Notes: a model not told the origin generated them from the letters alone. Positions 18,841 through 28,038 are shown, counted from the stretch's first letter. The stretch is 64,000 nt of DNA from Alphaproteobacteria bacterium (GCA_050331455.1 JBHJGV010000029.1:21596-85595); one strand, 5' to 3'. A program made the numbers and translations.

Positions 18841-18885
18841 AAAATATAAAAGGCAGCGGTGCTTCCACGCCGCTGCCCTCTGTTT
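18841..18885. terminator. rho-independent terminator hairpin between convergent genes (mainly serves the minus-strand exoF-like gene)
   Basis: GGCAGCGG (18852-18859) pairs with CCGCTGCC (18870-18877). On the minus strand the hairpin is followed by TTTTATATTTT (18841-18851); on the plus strand by CTCTGTTT. Confidence 0.65.
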
Positions 18886-18912
18886 AGCTCAACGGGTCGA
18901 TACACCGGCTGA

Positions 18913-19512
18913 TTAAAACCGCCGTTCACCCACGCGGACAATATCGCCCGGCTGAATTTTGGTTTGGGAGGTGGCCGGAACGGCGATTTCCGCCTGACTT
19001 CCGGCACGGGTCAGAAAGATGGTCCGGTTATTGGCCCGCGGCGTGAACCCGCCCGCCATGCTGATCGCATTCAGCACATGCATATTGGCCACGTAGGGGA
19101 ACTCTCCGCCCCGCTGGACTTCGCCGAAAATGTAGAAAGGCCTGTTCTCCTCGACCTCGATGCTGACCCGGGGCTCGACGAGATATTGGGCGAAGGCTTC
19201 CGTCAGGCGCTCTTCCGCCTCGCGCAGCGTGAGTTGATTGACATCGACCACGCCGACCAAGGGCAAGGCGATGCCACCGGTGGCATCCACCTCGAAAGAT
19301 CCCGACAGATTGGTTTCATTGAAAACGATGACCCGCAGTTGATCCCGAGGTCCCAGGCGGTAGGCCTGCTGGTTCACGGCGGATACGGGCATGACATTGG
19401 CCGAAGCCGAGGTCATGGGCTCCGGTTGCATGGCACAGCCGGCCATGAGCACGCAGGCAATCACCGGCCCGAAGACCCTGGACGGCATTTTGGCAACAAA
19501 CGACATGATCAT
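18913..19512 (-). CDS. polysaccharide export protein (Poly_export/OPX family, ExoF/Wza/GumB-like), short 199-aa form, lipoprotein
   Basis: Lipoprotein signal VIACVLMAGCAMQ. YRLGPRDQLRVIVFNETNLSGSFEVDATGGIALPLVG is the Poly_export (PF02563-type) motif. A SLBB-like segment and C-terminal QPGDIVRV follow. Confidence 0.8.
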   Translation of the reverse strand: MIMSFVAKMPSRVFGPVIACVLMAGCAMQPEPMTSASANVMPVSAVNQQAYRLGPRDQLRVIVFNETNLSGSFEVDATGGIALPLVGVVDVNQLTLREAEERLTEAFAQYLVEPRVSIEVEENRPFYIFGEVQRGGEFPYVANMHVLNAISMAGGFTPRANNRTIFLTRAGSQAEIAVPATSQTKIQPGDIVRVGERRF

Positions 19513-19707
19513 GACTCACTTACCCTCGACATATCCTCTTGGCACGTGCTCTGGGCACGGATGTCCAAGCCCTGTTGTTGTGCCCTGATCGGTCAGGGCC
19601 GAATCCGTCCGCAGCACCGCTTCACGCCGGGCAGCATTGGGAACGCAGCCCCCCCGGCGCGCGTGCCGCACTCCTTGTGTACCCGCCGGCTCCGCCCACT
19701 CCAAGGG

Positions 19708-21084
19708 TCAGGTCCGAAAGGCGGGCATAGTGGCCGGGCCATAGGCCGGGTGCGCCATCGCGGGCGCCGCCGTCGCCTGTGCATGGTCATACCGGGCCCG
19801 CTCGGCCGCAACGAAAACAATCAGCATGATGACCCAGGACACATTCTGCCCCAGGAGGATCGTGCTTTCGGTCAGGTTGTGAACAATAGCGTAGAGCATC
19901 AGTCCCCAGGCGATATTGTGCGTATGGGGATGACTGTCTCGTGCGATCCGCAGGGCCTGGTCGAAACGCCACAGAATGGGGAAAAACAACAGTACGCCAA
20001 TGATACCCAGGTTCAGCCAGATATCCAGAAAGCCGTTATGGGCCTGGTTGAGCTGTCGGATGAAATAGACCGGGGCGGTCAAGTTGACCGAATCGAGCCC
20101 CACGGCCCAGAATGACATGTGCCCATACCCCAGCAGCCAGCGCTCACTCGCCTTGTCCGACACATAGTCCCAGATGATCGTACGGTCCGTGAAGGTCACG
20201 TCGGCCACGATGACGCCCAGCACATCGTCGGATTCGATGCCGAACCCGAAAACCAGGATCCAATAGGTCAGGAACAAGAGGGTGAGGAACATCATCAGTG
20301 TGGTCCCCACCGAGACCCGGAGCAGACGGGATGCTATGAGAGCCACAATCGTCAGCACGGGGATAATCAATATCTCTTGCTGAGCCGTTTTGGACTTGGC
20401 GATCACCAGAATGAAGACGAATGCCGCCAGAAAAACCACATTGGCCAGCTTCAGCACGGCGCCCGGCAGATCGCGGTGGATGAATAGGCCCGTAATGAAG
20501 GCATAGCCCGCAATCGCACCCATGGTGTTCTTGTGGTTCTGGAAGCCGCGGAACTCATCGAGGCTCGTGTAGGACGTGCCCATGGTGGCGGCGATCAGGC
20601 TCTGGATCAGGGCCACGGCAAAGGCGGCATACAGCACAAAGAACATCCGCCGGGGGCTGCGGACATAGATGCTGGTGATGATCAGACAATAAATGATGAT
20701 GAGCGCGAGCACGGCGCGGCGGAAACTGATTGAGGGGACGATGGCCCAGTTTGACGAAAGCAGAACATAGCCCATCAGCAGAAGGAGCGGCAGATAGCCG
20801 AGAATGGTGCGCAAGAACCGTTCCGGCTGGCGTAGGATCAGCAGGCTGAGCAGCGCCGCAGCGGCGAGCCAGAAGAACTGGTTCAGCGTGTTGGCCTTGG
20901 AGGCCTGAACGGCGAAGGCCGTGATGCTCAAATCGATCTGTTCGATCTCCGGTGTAAAGATCTGGAACAGATAGAGCAGGATGATGAAGAAGATGACCTC
21001 GGCAGCGCGATAGACGGGCGCGTGGTCTGGCCGGCCCCAGAGCGGAGCCGGCGCGATCGACGCAGTGGTTTGGCCGCCAAACAT
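19708..21084 (-). CDS. O-antigen ligase / Wzy-type polysaccharide polymerase family membrane protein (ExoQ-like)
   Basis: About 10-12 hydrophobic helices. NQAHNGFLDIWLNLGIIGVLLF matches the Wzy_C/O-antigen ligase motif. Sits between the exoP-like and exoF-like genes. Looks visibly lower in GC than its neighbours. Confidence 0.75.
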   Translation of the reverse strand: MFGGQTTASIAPAPLWGRPDHAPVYRAAEVIFFIILLYLFQIFTPEIEQIDLSITAFAVQASKANTLNQFFWLAAAALLSLLILRQPERFLRTILGYLPLLLLMGYVLLSSNWAIVPSISFRRAVLALIIIYCLIITSIYVRSPRRMFFVLYAAFAVALIQSLIAATMGTSYTSLDEFRGFQNHKNTMGAIAGYAFITGLFIHRDLPGAVLKLANVVFLAAFVFILVIAKSKTAQQEILIIPVLTIVALIASRLLRVSVGTTLMMFLTLLFLTYWILVFGFGIESDDVLGVIVADVTFTDRTIIWDYVSDKASERWLLGYGHMSFWAVGLDSVNLTAPVYFIRQLNQAHNGFLDIWLNLGIIGVLLFFPILWRFDQALRIARDSHPHTHNIAWGLMLYAIVHNLTESTILLGQNVSWVIMLIVFVAAERARYDHAQATAAPAMAHPAYGPATMPAFRT

Positions 21085-21186
21085 TCCGATGGGCCCCTTC
21101 TCACACGTCCCAACCGGACTGCACCCCCGGTCTGGAGAGGGCAGTCCCCAGATGAGCCGCTTTGATATCGCCAGGCCTGATGCCCG

Positions 21187-23484
21187 TCAGGCCTGATCGG
21201 ACCGGTTGCCCCAAAGCCCCGATCCGCCGCCCGCGGCCCCCGCCGTCTGTCCGTAATTGCCATACCCATAAGCGCGCCGGTTCGACGTGTCCGCAAAGGT
21301 CACGACACCGCCGAGAATGTTCGACTGGACCGCCCTTAATTCCTTCAGGGCCATGGCCACATCGCCCCGGGCGGTCTTGCGCGCCCGCACCACAAACACC
21401 ACGTGATCGGCAAGGGGCGCCAGTTGTAACGTGTCGCCCACGGGAAGGATCGGGGCCGTATCCAGGATGATGACGTCGAAGTGCTCTTTCAGGGTGCTGA
21501 GCAATTCCTGAAACGCATTGCTGCCGAGCAGACTGCCGGGATCAGGCGCGGCACGGCGCATGGCGAGGACGGCGAGGCCGGTCTCCGGTTCCCGGAGCAT
21601 GGCGGCCCCGAGGGAGACCTCACCATTCAACACTTCCGTCAGGGAATGTTCGAAGGGCAAGTCAAGCTGCCAGCCCACCTTGGGCATGCGCAGATCGGCC
21701 TCAATCAGCACCGTGCGCTTGCCGGATTTCGCCGATGCCAAAGCAAAGCACATGGCATTGGTGGTCTTGCCTTCCGCGGGCAGGGCGGAGGTGAACAGCA
21801 CGACGTGACGCGTGCGCTCCCGGTCGGCCAGGGTCACCGTGGCCAAAAGTGTGCGATAGGCCTCCGAGAAACCCGATAACGGGTGTTGGAGCATGTAGCG
21901 GAAGGGACGCTGGGAGTCGCCGCCGCTGATCTGAGGCACGGATGCCAGATGCGGCAGACCCAGGATGTTTTCCATATCCTCGGGGGTGCGGATTCCCGGT
22001 GCCAGGGCTTCCATGGCCAACGCACCGGCGAAAGCGAAGATGCCGGCCAGCACCGCACCGGCGAGAACGATGACGGTCCGCTTCGGCTTGAACGGTTCGA
22101 TGGGCACCGAGGCTTCGCTCAGGATACGCGCGTCCACCTGGTCGGATTCCTTCAGCTCGGTGACTTCTTTCGAGCGGGCCAGGAAGGTCTGATAAATCGA
22201 ACGCGTCGCCTCGGCATCGCGTTCAAGATCCTTCAGTCTGGAAATCGACGTGGCCTTCGAACTCTTTTCGGCTTGATATTTATTGGTGTATTCATCGAGG
22301 GTTTCGGCGAGGGAGCGCTCACGCTCCCGGGAAACATCCACCTCGTTTTCGAGGCTCTTTACGATCAGATCGACTTCCCGGCGGATCTGGGCTTCCAGAT
22401 CCTCAAGCTCGCGGGTCACCTGAACCATATCCGGGTGGGTGGGCTTGTACCGCGAGGACAGTTCAGCACGCCGGCGGATGATAGCGGCCTGCTGGGTGCG
22501 CAACCCGATGATGACCGCGGAGTCCAGCACTTCGCCAATGGACTCGGCATTGGCGCGGGAGCGCACGAGGTTTTGGACGAGCCGGAGCCGGGCTTCTTTT
22601 TCTGCAATGTCCGCTCGGGTCTGGGCAAGCTGGCGGTTCAGGTCGGAGAGAAGCTGCTCATCGAGGCTGCTTTCGCCCACGGCCCCGAGGTCGTTCTCCG
22701 CCCGATATTCCTCGATCGCCCGCTCTTTGCTCACAAGGTCCGCTCGAAGCTCCTGGAGACGCTTGTCCAGGAGATCGGTCGCCCGGTCCGTGGCCTCGAA
22801 TTTATTGGTGAGTTGGGTTTCGAGATATTGGCTGGCGACGGCATTGGCGAGCTGTTGCGCCAGTTTCGGCGACTTGGAAATGGCGGTCACATCAATGATG
22901 TATGTCAGGTCGGCCCGGGTGACGTCGATCCGTTTGCGCAGAGTCTCCAGCACTTTGCGTTCCAGAACATCGGCCCCGTCAAGGCCGGCGCCGTCGTCCG
23001 GCCCCTGGGCGAGCGCCCGCAGATCACCGATCCAGTCAAGCGACATCATATATTGGAGAAAGCCGGACGGTGGGCCATCCGGGTTGAATTCCGGGTGCCG
23101 CAACAGATCCAGGTCCCGGATGACGTTGCGAAGCACCACATCAGAGGCAATGACCTGAACCTGCGTGTCGATGAAATTCTGATCGGTGATCAGAAAATCG
23201 CCGTTGTTCTGGTCCGTTGCCATGATCTCCGTTTCCGGCTTGGCAATCAGGATCCGGGCATTGGTTCGGTACTGGTGCTCCATGCCCAGCGCCAGGGCCG
23301 CCGCGAGGGCCGTACCGAGAACAGTGACAACTGTAATGAAGACGATGCGACGCCGAATGACCCGGAACAATGACTGGAGATTTAGCGTTTCCTGGGTCTT
23401 GGGGCCGTAAGCCCCCTCCACCATTGCGGGCGCCGGACCATAGGCCGGCACGCCATACACCATATTCGGAGCTGAGGTTTCCAT
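21187..23484 (-). CDS. polysaccharide co-polymerase (PCP-2a) with C-terminal BY-kinase domain (ExoP/Wzc/GumC-like chain-length determinant)
   Basis: N-terminal Wzz-like region with TM helices (RRRIVFITVVTVLGTALAAALAL and AGAVLAGIFAFAGALAM). Extensive coiled coil. Walker A LPAEGKTTNAMCFALASAKSGKRTVLIEADLRMP. Asp-rich Walker B VIILDTAPILP. Tyrosine-containing C-terminal tail RRAYGYGNYG. Confidence 0.85.
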   Translation of the reverse strand: METSAPNMVYGVPAYGPAPAMVEGAYGPKTQETLNLQSLFRVIRRRIVFITVVTVLGTALAAALALGMEHQYRTNARILIAKPETEIMATDQNNGDFLITDQNFIDTQVQVIASDVVLRNVIRDLDLLRHPEFNPDGPPSGFLQYMMSLDWIGDLRALAQGPDDGAGLDGADVLERKVLETLRKRIDVTRADLTYIIDVTAISKSPKLAQQLANAVASQYLETQLTNKFEATDRATDLLDKRLQELRADLVSKERAIEEYRAENDLGAVGESSLDEQLLSDLNRQLAQTRADIAEKEARLRLVQNLVRSRANAESIGEVLDSAVIIGLRTQQAAIIRRRAELSSRYKPTHPDMVQVTRELEDLEAQIRREVDLIVKSLENEVDVSRERERSLAETLDEYTNKYQAEKSSKATSISRLKDLERDAEATRSIYQTFLARSKEVTELKESDQVDARILSEASVPIEPFKPKRTVIVLAGAVLAGIFAFAGALAMEALAPGIRTPEDMENILGLPHLASVPQISGGDSQRPFRYMLQHPLSGFSEAYRTLLATVTLADRERTRHVVLFTSALPAEGKTTNAMCFALASAKSGKRTVLIEADLRMPKVGWQLDLPFEHSLTEVLNGEVSLGAAMLREPETGLAVLAMRRAAPDPGSLLGSNAFQELLSTLKEHFDVIILDTAPILPVGDTLQLAPLADHVVFVVRARKTARGDVAMALKELRAVQSNILGGVVTFADTSNRRAYGYGNYGQTAGAAGGGSGLWGNRSDQA

Positions 23485-24133
23485 CGACTGTCAGACCCTT
23501 TGAGGTGCCGATCGGCATCACACATCCGGCGTGCATCGGCGAAGGCCCTCCACGAGGGCGCGAAGCGATCCGCGCGCTGACAAGCTCTGTGGGGCCGGGC
23601 TGCGCCGCTCAGCCTCCACCGAAGGATGTGCTGCAGGCGCGAGAGATTAATTCAAGATTCTTTCCGCACTCTTGAAAGCAGTGGCGCCGGGCTCGCGCAT
23701 CCACTCGCAATCACCTACGCGGAATAGCCTCTCTCTTTCCGTGTTGCAAGGGCGTCCGCGCGACGGCTCCTCCACCATAAGCGGTAGTCCAAACGCATCG
23801 TAAGTTGCAGGCCCCGATGAAATCCGGGGCCGCCCCGGAGTCCTTTCGTCGGCCTTCGCGCTGCCGGCCGGGCTGGTCGTCGGCCTTCACGCTGCCGGCC
23901 GGGCTGGCCTGCGCCATTCTCGCGACAGGGCTTTTAACATCCCATTCGAACATGGATCTTTGGGGCCTTATCCACAGGCTGCCTGGCCGAATGTCCGCGA
24001 GGGCGCCGCCTTTCGGATTTGTTGTGGATGCGCGAGGAATTTAGGTGTGGCCAGCGGATTTGTCAGGTATGAAGGGTAAGCTTTGGAAGGACTCGCCGAA
24101 TGGTGGGGTGTTTTGATCCGGGATGTAGAGTGG

Positions 24134-25048
24134 ATGGCTTCAGATCCCTATATAAGCGTGATTATCCCTCACCTGAACCAGCCTGACCTGCTGAAGCGAT
24201 GCTTGGACTCTCTCCAAATGCAGACCGTGTCGGCGGATCGCTTCGAGGTGATCGTGGTCGATAACGGCTCGTCGGACTTGCCTGTCGATGTGATCCAGCA
24301 CTTCCCAAATGTGAGACTGTGCCAGGAGAGCCAAGCCGGACCGGGACCGGCCCGGAACAAGGGAGTCGAGGAGAGTCAGGGCGATCTCTTGGCCTTTATA
24401 GACTCCGACTGCTATGCCGATCCGGCCTGGCTCGAGACGGTGAAAACCTGCCTGACCCGGACGGGTGCACCCCCGGTCATCGGTGGTGACGTGCGCATAC
24501 CCCTGGCGCAGCCGCCCCACCCGACGATGATCGAAGCGTATGAAATCGTATTCTCGTTTCGCCAGAAGTTTTATATCGAACACCATGGCTATTCCGTAAC
24601 GGCGAATTTGGCTATGACACGGTCGGCGTTCGATCTCGTCGGTGGGTTCGGCACCATTTCGATCGCCGAGGACATGGATTGGGGGCGCCGCGCCCGACAG
24701 GTTGGGCTTGAGATCGCGTTCGAGCCAACCATGGTGGTGTTCCACCCGGCGCGGACGTCATTTCAGGCGCTCCGAAAGAAGTGTTCACGCTTGAACGCGC
24801 ACCGGTTCCACGAGTGGCAAGCGGCTCATCGGGGACAAGTGAGCTGGTTGATGTCCGCCCTCCTCATCGCGGTCTCGCCGGTTCGTGATGTGCCTCGCAC
24901 GCTGGCATCCTCAAGGCTGGATCGGTTGCCGGATCGGCTGAAGGCAGCCTATGTGTTGCTGGCAGTGCGCTTTTTCAGGGCCCTCGATATGGTGGAACTC
25001 TGGCGCGATCCGGCGCATCGCAACGCAGGGGTGGTTTGGAACCGCTGA
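24134..25048 (+). CDS. glycosyltransferase family 2 protein
   Basis: ISVIIPHLNQPDLLKRCLDSLQMQT...EVIVVDNGSSD...GPARNKGVEESQGDLLAFIDSDC is the GT-A fold DxD region. Divergent from the exoP-like gene. Start at MASDPYIS. Confidence 0.85.
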   Translation: MASDPYISVIIPHLNQPDLLKRCLDSLQMQTVSADRFEVIVVDNGSSDLPVDVIQHFPNVRLCQESQAGPGPARNKGVEESQGDLLAFIDSDCYADPAWLETVKTCLTRTGAPPVIGGDVRIPLAQPPHPTMIEAYEIVFSFRQKFYIEHHGYSVTANLAMTRSAFDLVGGFGTISIAEDMDWGRRARQVGLEIAFEPTMVVFHPARTSFQALRKKCSRLNAHRFHEWQAAHRGQVSWLMSALLIAVSPVRDVPRTLASSRLDRLPDRLKAAYVLLAVRFFRALDMVELWRDPAHRNAGVVWNR

Positions 25049-25261
25049 CACGAAGACAGGGGCACAGTTGTCCTCACCGTGCTGATGCTATCCGACGGTT
25101 TGGTCTTTAAACCATCCGTGGGGAGATGGCTGGACCCGGGCAATCGTCAACTCAGCGGCAAACCCTTCCCTGATCCCAGGCATTGGTTGGACCGCGGCCA
25201 TATTAACCTTTGATTGAGAGACACCCTTGAAAATATTGGTCAGAAGTTAGGGTGAGGAGAC

Positions 25262-25774
25262 ATGATCGTGGGAGCGAGGCAGCGTTCGGCCAAGCCGAAA
25301 GTCATGGTAATATCCTCCCCGGGCGGGCACTGGGTTCAGATCCGTCGTCTCAGACCCGCCTGGACCGGGTGTGCCGTGACCTATGTCACCACCGATCCGG
25401 GGTATCTCGGCGAAATCGCGAAGGATCCCGTGGCTGAAGGCAGCACACCGCCCCGCTTTTTTGTCGTGCCTGACGCCAATCGCTGGAACAAGATGCGCCT
25501 CGCCGTTCAGATGCTGATGATCCTGGCTGTGGTCGTTCGTATCCGGCCCGACGTGATCATTACAACGGGAGCGGCGCCCGGCTATTTCGCCGTGCGGTTC
25601 GGGAACCTTATCGGTGCACGGACGATCTGGATCGACAGTATTGCCAATGCCGAGAAATTGTCCCTGTCGGGACAGATGGCGGGTCGCTTCTGCACCCTGT
25701 GGCTGACCCAGTATCAGCACCTGGCCCGCACCCAGGACCAACAGGGCCCATCCTTCAAAGGATCAGTGATCTGA
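25262..25774 (+). CDS. Alg14-like oligosaccharide biosynthesis protein (UDP-GlcNAc transferase membrane/accessory subunit; Cps14F/EpsF-like)
   Basis: KVMVISSPGGHWVQIRRL...RFFVVPDANRW...RPDVIITTGAAPGYFAV matches the Alg14 family (PF08660-type). RBS GAGGAGA. No Alg13-like partner ORF nearby. Confidence 0.7.
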   Translation: MIVGARQRSAKPKVMVISSPGGHWVQIRRLRPAWTGCAVTYVTTDPGYLGEIAKDPVAEGSTPPRFFVVPDANRWNKMRLAVQMLMILAVVVRIRPDVIITTGAAPGYFAVRFGNLIGARTIWIDSIANAEKLSLSGQMAGRFCTLWLTQYQHLARTQDQQGPSFKGSVI

Positions 25775-25822
25775 GAAAGCCCGCCTCGAACGCCGGCCCT
25801 TCGATCACTGTCAAAACACCCC

Positions 25823-27466
25823 TCACGATGTGAGGTCGACCGGTGCCTCGTCGGTCTCAGGCGTCTCACCGATGCCGAGACACCGGGAGGCCGCGGCGAT
25901 GGCATCAAGGGCCGCAGCCGCCTGAAGATCCGACAGAACCGCGGTCAGGTCGGCTTTGAGCGCAGCCTGATCGGCCCCATTGGCCATGGCAAGTTCAAGC
26001 CAGACATAGGCCAGGGGATTGGACTGGGTCACCCCTTCCCCTTTGATGTGCAGAATGCTCATAACGAACTGGGCGTTGGGATGGTTGGCCTGGGCCGCCC
26101 GTTTGAACCAGTGCACGGCGGTTGAGAGATCGCGCACGCGTTCGTCGCCTTCATGGTAGAGCAGGCCGAGGGCCCAGGCGGCATCGCCGCGCCCTGCCTC
26201 GGCGGCACGGGTCAGATAGGTGACCGCCCGCGGATGGTCGGCCCGGATACCCCAGCCATTGGCATAGAGCACGCCCACATTGTAGGCCGCATCGATGAGG
26301 CCCTGATCGGCGGCCTTTTCGAACCAGACCCGCGCCTGTGCCGGATCGCGGCGCCCGGTTTCGCCGCTCATGAGAAGCACGGCGAGATTGTACTGGGCAT
26401 CGGCATGTCCGTCTTCTGCCGCGCGCTCATACCATTTGGCGGCGATTACCGGATCCCGGGCCAAGGGTCCGTCATCGGACAGGGCCAGGCTCGCCAGTTC
26501 CATCTGCGCTGCTGTGTGCCCGCCATCCGCGGCTTTCTCAATCCAGGCGAGTCCCAGCCCCGTGTCCCGGTCTTGGCCGGCATCGTTCAAGTAGTGCAGG
26601 CCCAGGCGATACTGGGCCTCGACATCCCGCCGCATGGCCGCGTAAATGAGATCGGACAGGCTTTCGGCGTCTATCCCGCCGCCTCCGACCGCATCAGCGG
26701 CCCGGACCGCGGCTGCCGGGACGGCTTTTCCCTCCGTAGACGGCGCATCCGAGCCCGCCGGAACATCTGAGCCGGCAGCGACATCTGGGCCGGCAGGCAC
26801 GATGGGTGCCGGGCACAGGCCGGTCTCGGCGAGCAGGGCGTCGCTTGGGATGACGGGCGGTGCCGCCGCATCGGCCGGATCGGCGGTTGAGGCCGCCGTA
26901 ATGCGCTCCAGTGTCAGACCGTTCGCAACCAGATAATGGCTTAATCCCTTCGCGCCGCTGACCGCAATCGGCAGGGCCAGGAAAGGCAGCGCATAGAGGG
27001 CCGCCTGCCGCGCCCGCGCCTGGACCGGAAAACGCCATGCGCCGACGCCAAGGCTGAGCAGAGTGGGCCGGTTGGGTTCCTGAAGGGTTCGGGAAATCAG
27101 CCCCCGGAGGATATCGATGCAGGGCGCTTCCGGGTCGCCTCGCCAGGCGACGAGGTCGGCGAGGGGAAGGGTCCGGAAAGGGGGCGGCGCCTCGAGCCGC
27201 GAGAGGCGGGCCTGCACCAGGTGCCGTTCGCGGAACGCTGCAAGGGCTTCAACCCGTATGCGAGCCGACGCGACACTGTCGCGGGACCAGAGCACCAGCA
27301 CGGTGCGGGCGGTGGCCCGCTCCCGGTCGATGGCGTCGATCAGATCCTCCCCGACCCAGGATGGGAAATCCCAGGCAACCGTGTATCCCGCCCGCTCCAG
27401 GGCCGCCGCGACACGGGCCGCGACGGGCCAGTCCGGACGCAAGTAGCTGATGAATATGTCCGCCAC
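25823..27466 (-). CDS. TIR-domain protein with predicted transmembrane segment and C-terminal Sel1-like repeat (SLR) array
   Basis: N-terminus MADIFISYLRPDWPVAARVAAALERAGYTVAWD...ARTVLVLWSRDSVASARIRVEALAAF matches the bacterial TIR_2-type domain. Hydrophobic segment LYALPFLALPIAVSGAKGL. Pro/Ala-rich linker. Then at least 5 Sel1 repeats (AQYRLGLHYLND..., AAKWYERAAEDGHADAQYNLAVLL..., ARVWFEKAADQGLIDAAYNVGVLYANGWG..., AVTYLTRAAEAGRGDAAWALGLLY..., AVHWFKRAAQANHPNAQFVMSIL...). Confidence 0.8.
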   Translation of the reverse strand: MADIFISYLRPDWPVAARVAAALERAGYTVAWDFPSWVGEDLIDAIDRERATARTVLVLWSRDSVASARIRVEALAAFRERHLVQARLSRLEAPPPFRTLPLADLVAWRGDPEAPCIDILRGLISRTLQEPNRPTLLSLGVGAWRFPVQARARQAALYALPFLALPIAVSGAKGLSHYLVANGLTLERITAASTADPADAAAPPVIPSDALLAETGLCPAPIVPAGPDVAAGSDVPAGSDAPSTEGKAVPAAAVRAADAVGGGGIDAESLSDLIYAAMRRDVEAQYRLGLHYLNDAGQDRDTGLGLAWIEKAADGGHTAAQMELASLALSDDGPLARDPVIAAKWYERAAEDGHADAQYNLAVLLMSGETGRRDPAQARVWFEKAADQGLIDAAYNVGVLYANGWGIRADHPRAVTYLTRAAEAGRGDAAWALGLLYHEGDERVRDLSTAVHWFKRAAQANHPNAQFVMSILHIKGEGVTQSNPLAYVWLELAMANGADQAALKADLTAVLSDLQAAAALDAIAAASRCLGIGETPETDEAPVDLTS

Positions 27467-27936
27467 GATGACCTCTTCCCTCCACCCTCCCTATTTCGCC
27501 CAGCCAGGCATGGATCTGTCAATCGCCGCAGCCGGCCTAAAGCCATTGATGCGCAGTCAGGCCGCGCTTCTCATAAACGACATGCCAGGGAATACATCGG
27601 CAATGGGCCGGAAAGGCGGCGGTCCGGATCGAATCGGGTCACTGGGAGAGTAGCTGTACGATTTGCGCGCTGTCCCAATCGGCATCGAACACAGGTGCAA
27701 TATCGATAAAGATACGTCCGGAGGGGTTCTGACGCGCCTCCGGTCCAAAAACTTTTGGATCCCGGCGATCGATCCGCGTCCGGTAAATTTTTCCTTTGCG
27801 CCCAATTGCCTAGGCAAAACATCTCAAATCGGCAATGCCACTCAACCTGTCGCATCATACAGGATGCCCCCATCAATGATCGCACCGCCCCTGAGGCAAT
27901 CTCCCTATAGCTGAGAAGTGTAACCTTACGTACCAA

Positions 27937-27960
27937 ATGTCACTTATATGAATTTGACAT
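27937..27960. promoter_or_regulatory. inverted repeat ATGTCA-N12-TGACAT in an AT-rich region about 80 nt upstream of the giant adhesin start; candidate regulator-binding site
   Basis: Perfect 6-bp half-sites at 27937-27942 and 27955-27960. The surrounding 27600-28038 region is visibly AT-richer than the genome. RBS AAGGGG lies before the ATG at 28039. Confidence 0.3.
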
Positions 27961-28038
27961 TGACCGGGGCGTGGGTGTTTTTGTTGGTATCGAAGGGATC
28001 CTTTCTGTCATTACAACACAACTTAAAGGGGCATTATC

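Noticed and set aside
21883-23373. 496-aa plus-strand ORF antisense to the exoP-like gene
   Set aside because: Same reasoning. The ExoP-like frame has Walker motifs, TM helices and coiled coils; the antisense frame is featureless.
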